The translations under genes were made by a program, and so were the position numbers. The notes under the pieces are model-generated. The model saw only the letters and a program-made list of their open reading frames with translations, made no database searches and was not told the DNA's origin. Positions 59,976-64,000 of a stretch of 64,000 nucleotides of DNA are shown here, one piece after another. Source of the stretch: an uncultured Acidobacteriota bacterium. GTDB taxonomy: Bacteria; Acidobacteriota; UBA6911. The stretch is taken from contig CAWEJX010000017.1 in the NCBI GenBank assembly GCA_963809485.1, positions 1 through 64,000 of the forward strand. Direction: 5' to 3'. The stretch's first letter is position 1; each line of letters opens with the position of its first letter.

Positions 59976-62504
59976 ATGACCTTTGAGATTCGCATGGCCT
60001 GGCGCGAAACCCGGCCCGCCGTCAGAAGGTTCCTTTTCCTGGTTGCGGCTATCGCGCTCGGAGTCGGGGCGCTTACGGGGCTCAAAGGTTTCAGCCGGGC
60101 ATTGGACCGCGCCATCTCCGTATCGGCACGAGAACTGATTGCCGCAGACATGGCCGTGCGATTGAACTCGCTGCCGGATCACAATGAGCTCAGCGTCCTG
60201 GAGTCCCTGATGCGGAGAGGAGTTCAATTGACACGGGTGACCGAAACGATCTCAATGGTCTCCTCCTCAAAGGAATCGAGCCCGATTCTGTGCGACATCC
60301 GGGCAGTCGATCCCGCCGTTTATCCTTTTTACGGCAGGGTTGAGCTCGAACCGGTCGCCGCTCTGAAGGATGCGCTCTTTGACAACAGCGTTATCGTCAG
60401 CAGGGATTTTCTGGTTCGATCGGGAATCTCTTTGGGTGACACCGTGCAGATTGGCGCAAGCCACTTTCGCGTCGCGGCAGTGCTTAAATCGGAGCCCGAC
60501 CGCATAGGGATCGGCATGGACCTGGGCCCACGAATGCTGATTACACGCACGGGACTCAAAAACAGCGGTCTGATCCAGTTCGGCAGCCGCCTGTCGGAGT
60601 CTTTCCTCTATCGGTTTCCTCCAAGCGGACTGAGTCTTGAGGAGGCCCGGGAAATTGTCAGTTCCGGAATCCAGCGGCGCGTCCGCATCACGGATTACCG
60701 TAATCCGAACCCATCCGTCTCACGCGGACTGGAGCGCACCGCCAATTTTCTCAGCCTCATCGGCCTGCTCGCTTTGCTTGTTGCCGGCATCGGCGTGTCC
60801 TCGACGATGCACACGTATCTTCAGCAGAAGCTCGACAGCATCGCCGTATTGAAATGTATCGGCGGCCGCTCGAGCCAGATCCTGCGCATCTACCTGGCTC
60901 AGGGGCTTCTTCTGGGGCTGTTGGGGAGTGTTGCCGGCATAGGGATTGGGTACCTCATCCAGTTGGCCTTTCCGCGGCTGCTCAGGGGACTGATCAATCT
61001 GCCTCCGCGTCTGGAGCCGTCTCACGGATCGGCGGTCCAGGGATTGTGTATCGGGATTTTCACGACAGCGCTCTTCTTGGTTATTCCTCTTCTGGCCATC
61101 CGCAAAGTCCGGCCCGCGCGGGTGTTTCTGCGCGATATGCCCGAGACCCGGTATTCCGCTTTTTCGCGACTGCGCCACGATCCGATCCCGCTGATTGCTG
61201 CAATGATGTTGACATTTGGCGTTGGACTGGCGGCCAGCTGGCTGGCGGAATCCCTTCGCTGGGGATTCACTTTCCTTGCCTGCCTTGCCGGTTGCATACT
61301 CGTTCTGGCCGGGGCGGCCAGGCTGCTGCTTGCTGCGCTCAGGCGAATCCCAAGGCTGCCGTGGCTTTCCGTCAGGCAGGGCATCAGAAACCTCTACCGG
61401 CCGGGCAACCAAACGGCATCGGTGCTGGTTACCCTCGGGCTTGGCGTTGCATTTATTCTGACGGTTTACTTCATTCAAACTTCGCTCATTTCCCAGATTG
61501 TAAAAAGTGCTCCCGCAGATTTCCCGAACGTTTTTCTGCTTGGAGTGACCGAAGGAGATAAAGCGGCTCTCGCGGATTTCCTGAAGGGACAGGAAGGAAT
61601 CGAGGCTCAGTCGCTGATACCGTCATTTTCTTCCCGCCTGCTGCGTGTTGATGGCAAAACCGCAGACCAGCTGGATTTGACGCCGCATGACCAAAGGTAT
61701 TTCCAGGTCGAGTTTACGCTGACCTGGAGCGAAACCATCCCGGCGGACACGCGCATCGTCGCAGGCCGGTGGTGGCAACCGCCCTATGCTTCGCCGATGA
61801 TATCGGTTGGCGAAAATGCCGCCCAGCGGCTGAAGATCCGCCTTGGAAGCGTGTTGGAATTCGATGTCGGCGGCCGAAAAATACGCGGCAAAGTTGTCAA
61901 TTTCAGGGATGCCGATTTTGCGCGTCCCGGGACCAGCAACCAGTTTGTTTTCTCGCCGGGCTCCCTCGAGGATCTTCCCGCTTCCTATATCGGGGCCGTC
62001 CGCATGGCGCCATCCCGGGTCGCCGTGCTCCAAAGCTCTCTCTTCCGCCAATTCCCCAACATCACCTCCATCGATGTAGGACAAGTGCTCATCAGGGTTC
62101 AGGAGTTGCTGGACAAGATTTCCGACGTCATCCATTTCATCGCCTTTTTCGCCATAGCCTCGGGGATCATCCTGCTTGCGGCGGGTGTGGTCTCCACGCG
62201 CTACCAGAGAATACGGGAAATCGTTTTGCTGAAGACGCTGGGCGCCACTCGGAGCCGCATCGCCCGCATACAGGCGGCCGAATTCATAATCATCGGGTCT
62301 GCCGCCGGATTGATCGGGGGTTGCCTGGCAGCCATTGCGTCCTATTTTCTCCTGGGACGTCTTTTGAGCGCCGAGTTCAATCTCCAGTGGGTCCCGTTGA
62401 TCGCGGGCGTTGCAGCCACGGCGGCATTATGCGTAATCACGGGATGGCTGGCAAACCACGGTGTCCTGAAGCACAGGCCTCTGCAGACACTGCGGGAAAA
62501 CTGA
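59976..62504 (+). CDS. ABC permease (YbbP-like)
   Basis: Two FtsX-type repeats, IAVLKCIG and LLKTLGA. Confidence 0.92.
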   Translation: MTFEIRMAWRETRPAVRRFLFLVAAIALGVGALTGLKGFSRALDRAISVSARELIAADMAVRLNSLPDHNELSVLESLMRRGVQLTRVTETISMVSSSKESSPILCDIRAVDPAVYPFYGRVELEPVAALKDALFDNSVIVSRDFLVRSGISLGDTVQIGASHFRVAAVLKSEPDRIGIGMDLGPRMLITRTGLKNSGLIQFGSRLSESFLYRFPPSGLSLEEAREIVSSGIQRRVRITDYRNPNPSVSRGLERTANFLSLIGLLALLVAGIGVSSTMHTYLQQKLDSIAVLKCIGGRSSQILRIYLAQGLLLGLLGSVAGIGIGYLIQLAFPRLLRGLINLPPRLEPSHGSAVQGLCIGIFTTALFLVIPLLAIRKVRPARVFLRDMPETRYSAFSRLRHDPIPLIAAMMLTFGVGLAASWLAESLRWGFTFLACLAGCILVLAGAARLLLAALRRIPRLPWLSVRQGIRNLYRPGNQTASVLVTLGLGVAFILTVYFIQTSLISQIVKSAPADFPNVFLLGVTEGDKAALADFLKGQEGIEAQSLIPSFSSRLLRVDGKTADQLDLTPHDQRYFQVEFTLTWSETIPADTRIVAGRWWQPPYASPMISVGENAAQRLKIRLGSVLEFDVGGRKIRGKVVNFRDADFARPGTSNQFVFSPGSLEDLPASYIGAVRMAPSRVAVLQSSLFRQFPNITSIDVGQVLIRVQELLDKISDVIHFIAFFAIASGIILLAAGVVSTRYQRIREIVLLKTLGATRSRIARIQAAEFIIIGSAAGLIGGCLAAIASYFLLGRLLSAEFNLQWVPLIAGVAATAALCVITGWLANHGVLKHRPLQTLREN

Positions 62505-62546
62505 AACCCGCCACGGTCGCAACGATCAGCTCCAATCATCCTATCC

Positions 62547-62587
62547 AACGCTGACGCACGCTGACAGAACGCTGACATACGCTGACA
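62547..62587 (+). repeat. 10-mer tandem array, 4 units
   Basis: AACGCTGACG CACGCTGACA G AACGCTGACA TACGCTGACA. Confidence 0.75.
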
Positions 62588-62821
62588 AAATTTTATTGTT
62601 CGGCCTTCGTCGGCGCATTGTCACGGTGAGGCGCAGAAAAATGCGCTGCTCCGGTGATGCAGATCACCGAAAACAAAAATATTTCTTATATAGTGAAGTT
62701 CATACACACCGGCAGGTAAAAGGAAAAACCACAAAATAAAACATATTTTTCCCTTATTTTTGTTCGTCATGCTGGCGATAAGGGAAGAATCGAGGAATAG
62801 ATTGAGGCGTCCGGAGTCTCA

Positions 62822-63394
62822 TTGCAGGCGATTTTCGCCATTGGAGCCATAAACATAGGAAATGATAAAGGCTTCTCCATGATTGAACTTGCCATTATCT
62901 TGAGCATGACCGTCGTCATGATGGCGGTAGCCATCCCCATGCTCTCCTCCTCCATACAGGACATGTAGCTTGCCTCCGATGCCCGGAGCATCGCTTCAGC
63001 GCTAACCACGGCCAAAATGAGCGCCACGGCACGAATGACTCACTGCCGGTTACGGTTTGACTTGAGCAGCAACCAGTGGAGGCTCGAAAGGCTCAACCGA
63101 CAGAGCGGTGAATATGAACTCCAGCAGGCGGTAAATGGGCTTTCCAGCGGTGTAGCAAATAGCGGCATCCATTTCAAAGCCACCTCAACTACTGCGCCGA
63201 CCGGCCTGCCGACAAGTTCGTCAACTTCCATAACATTCAACTCCAGGGGCATCCCGATTGACAGCTCGGGCATTCCGACGGCCAGCAGCATCATATACCT
63301 TTCGAGGGAGGGCGCCGATTATGCCGTAAGCGTGTCGCTTGCCGGCAAGGTTCAGTTGTGGAAGAAGGGAAACACCGGGTGGGCAGTGCAATAG
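62822..63394 (+). pseudogene. GspH/FimT-like minor pilin with an in-frame TAG
   Basis: KG|FSMIEL prepilin motif is in frame with ORF 63017-63394 (ITFNSRG); TAG at 62966-62968 interrupts it. Confidence 0.75.
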
Positions 63395-63412
63395 GATTCA
63401 AGGGAAGGCCTC

Positions 63413-63901
63413 ATGCCTAAAAACCTGAAAAACGAAACCGGGATGACGCTGGTGGAAGTGATGATCGAAATGCTGGTCATGCTTTTCGGTCTGCTGAGCA
63501 TGGCACAGGTTCTTACATTCAGCGTGATCGCAAGTAAAACCTACGGACGGGATTCCACCAAGGCAACGGCTGCGGCCCACGACAAGATGGAGGAACTGAC
63601 CGGCCTCTCCTTTACGGATACGAAAACCAATGTCACCGTGGACGCCCCGTTCACGGCTGATGGAGTGGGTTTGAAGGCTGGGGGCAGTGTGGCTCCATCG
63701 GCCGCGGTGAACGGATATGCGGATTATCTTGATGAAGCCGGCGCAAGGACTTCAGCCGGTGACGCTTTCTACACAAGGCAATGGCAGATCATCGACGTAT
63801 CCGCCAGCCTCAAGAGAATCATGGTCTCAGTAACCAGCAACAAGAGCTTTGACTACGGCGTGGTCCCTGCGACCACGCTGGTCACGGAGAAAACGCCATG
63901 A
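63413..63901 (+). CDS. PilV-like minor pilin
   Basis: TG|MTLVEV prepilin motif and hydrophobic helix. Confidence 0.85.
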   Translation: MPKNLKNETGMTLVEVMIEMLVMLFGLLSMAQVLTFSVIASKTYGRDSTKATAAAHDKMEELTGLSFTDTKTNVTVDAPFTADGVGLKAGGSVAPSAAVNGYADYLDEAGARTSAGDAFYTRQWQIIDVSASLKRIMVSVTSNKSFDYGVVPATTLVTEKTP

Positions 63902-64000
63902 GGTACGCCATACGGGCAGGAGGCGGAGAAATAAAACCAGCAACTCGAATAGGGTTGAGGGACGGCTTTTCGCTCTTGGAGATGATGGTCTCAATACTTG
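63898..64000 (+). CDS. Prepilin-type protein (PilW-like), truncated by the window end
   Basis: DG|FSLLEMMVSIL; ATGA overlap with the upstream gene. Confidence 0.75.
   Translation, partial: MRYAIRAGGGEIKPATRIGLRDGFSLLEMMVSIL

Noticed and set aside
57154-62587. 10-mer arrays as CRISPR repeats
   Set aside because: Units are too short, have no spacers, and no cas genes are present.
62822-64000. Pilins as conductive pili belonging to the cytochrome system
   Set aside because: They are ordinary FimT/PilV/PilW-type minor pilins about 35 kb away with no linking evidence.

Overview
Bacterial window, probably Acidobacteriota (inferred from the protein families, not tested). No rRNA, tRNA or CRISPR array was recognised. 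Positions ~1-28.8 kb form an accessory block bracketed by two ~98% identical copies of an M48 peptidase gene. It holds acs plus a dense extracellular-electron-transfer-type locus of eight multiheme cytochrome genes (about 84 heme-binding motifs counted by eye). The + strand operon encodes a 16-heme cytochrome, an NHL propeller, an OmcE-like tetraheme, a SurA/PpiC foldase, a 619-aa outer-membrane barrel, a second NHL propeller, a 12-heme cytochrome with an OmcE-like N-terminus, a TPR protein and a TMTC-like glycosyltransferase, which together look like a cytochrome-nanowire assembly system. A convergent - strand set encodes a HEAT protein, an ImcH-like NapC/NirT quinol oxidase and three 13-15-heme cytochromes, preceded by a decayed second omcE-like gene. 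A palindrome TACCAC-N3-GTGGTA occurs upstream of acs, of the cytochrome operon and (imperfectly) of an XRE/two-CW regulator. The rest is more ordinary: PQQ-like beta-propellers with GT4 and ABC genes, a TonB-dependent receptor, a ferredoxin module, ECF sigma/anti-sigma/pseudo-HtrA, polA, xerC, trmFO, tesA-ybbAP-like genes and minor pilins. Many single-base frameshifts, including at least six in polA, suggest uncorrected sequencing indels, so frameshifted genes are not assumed dead. All family calls come from motif recognition without database searches.
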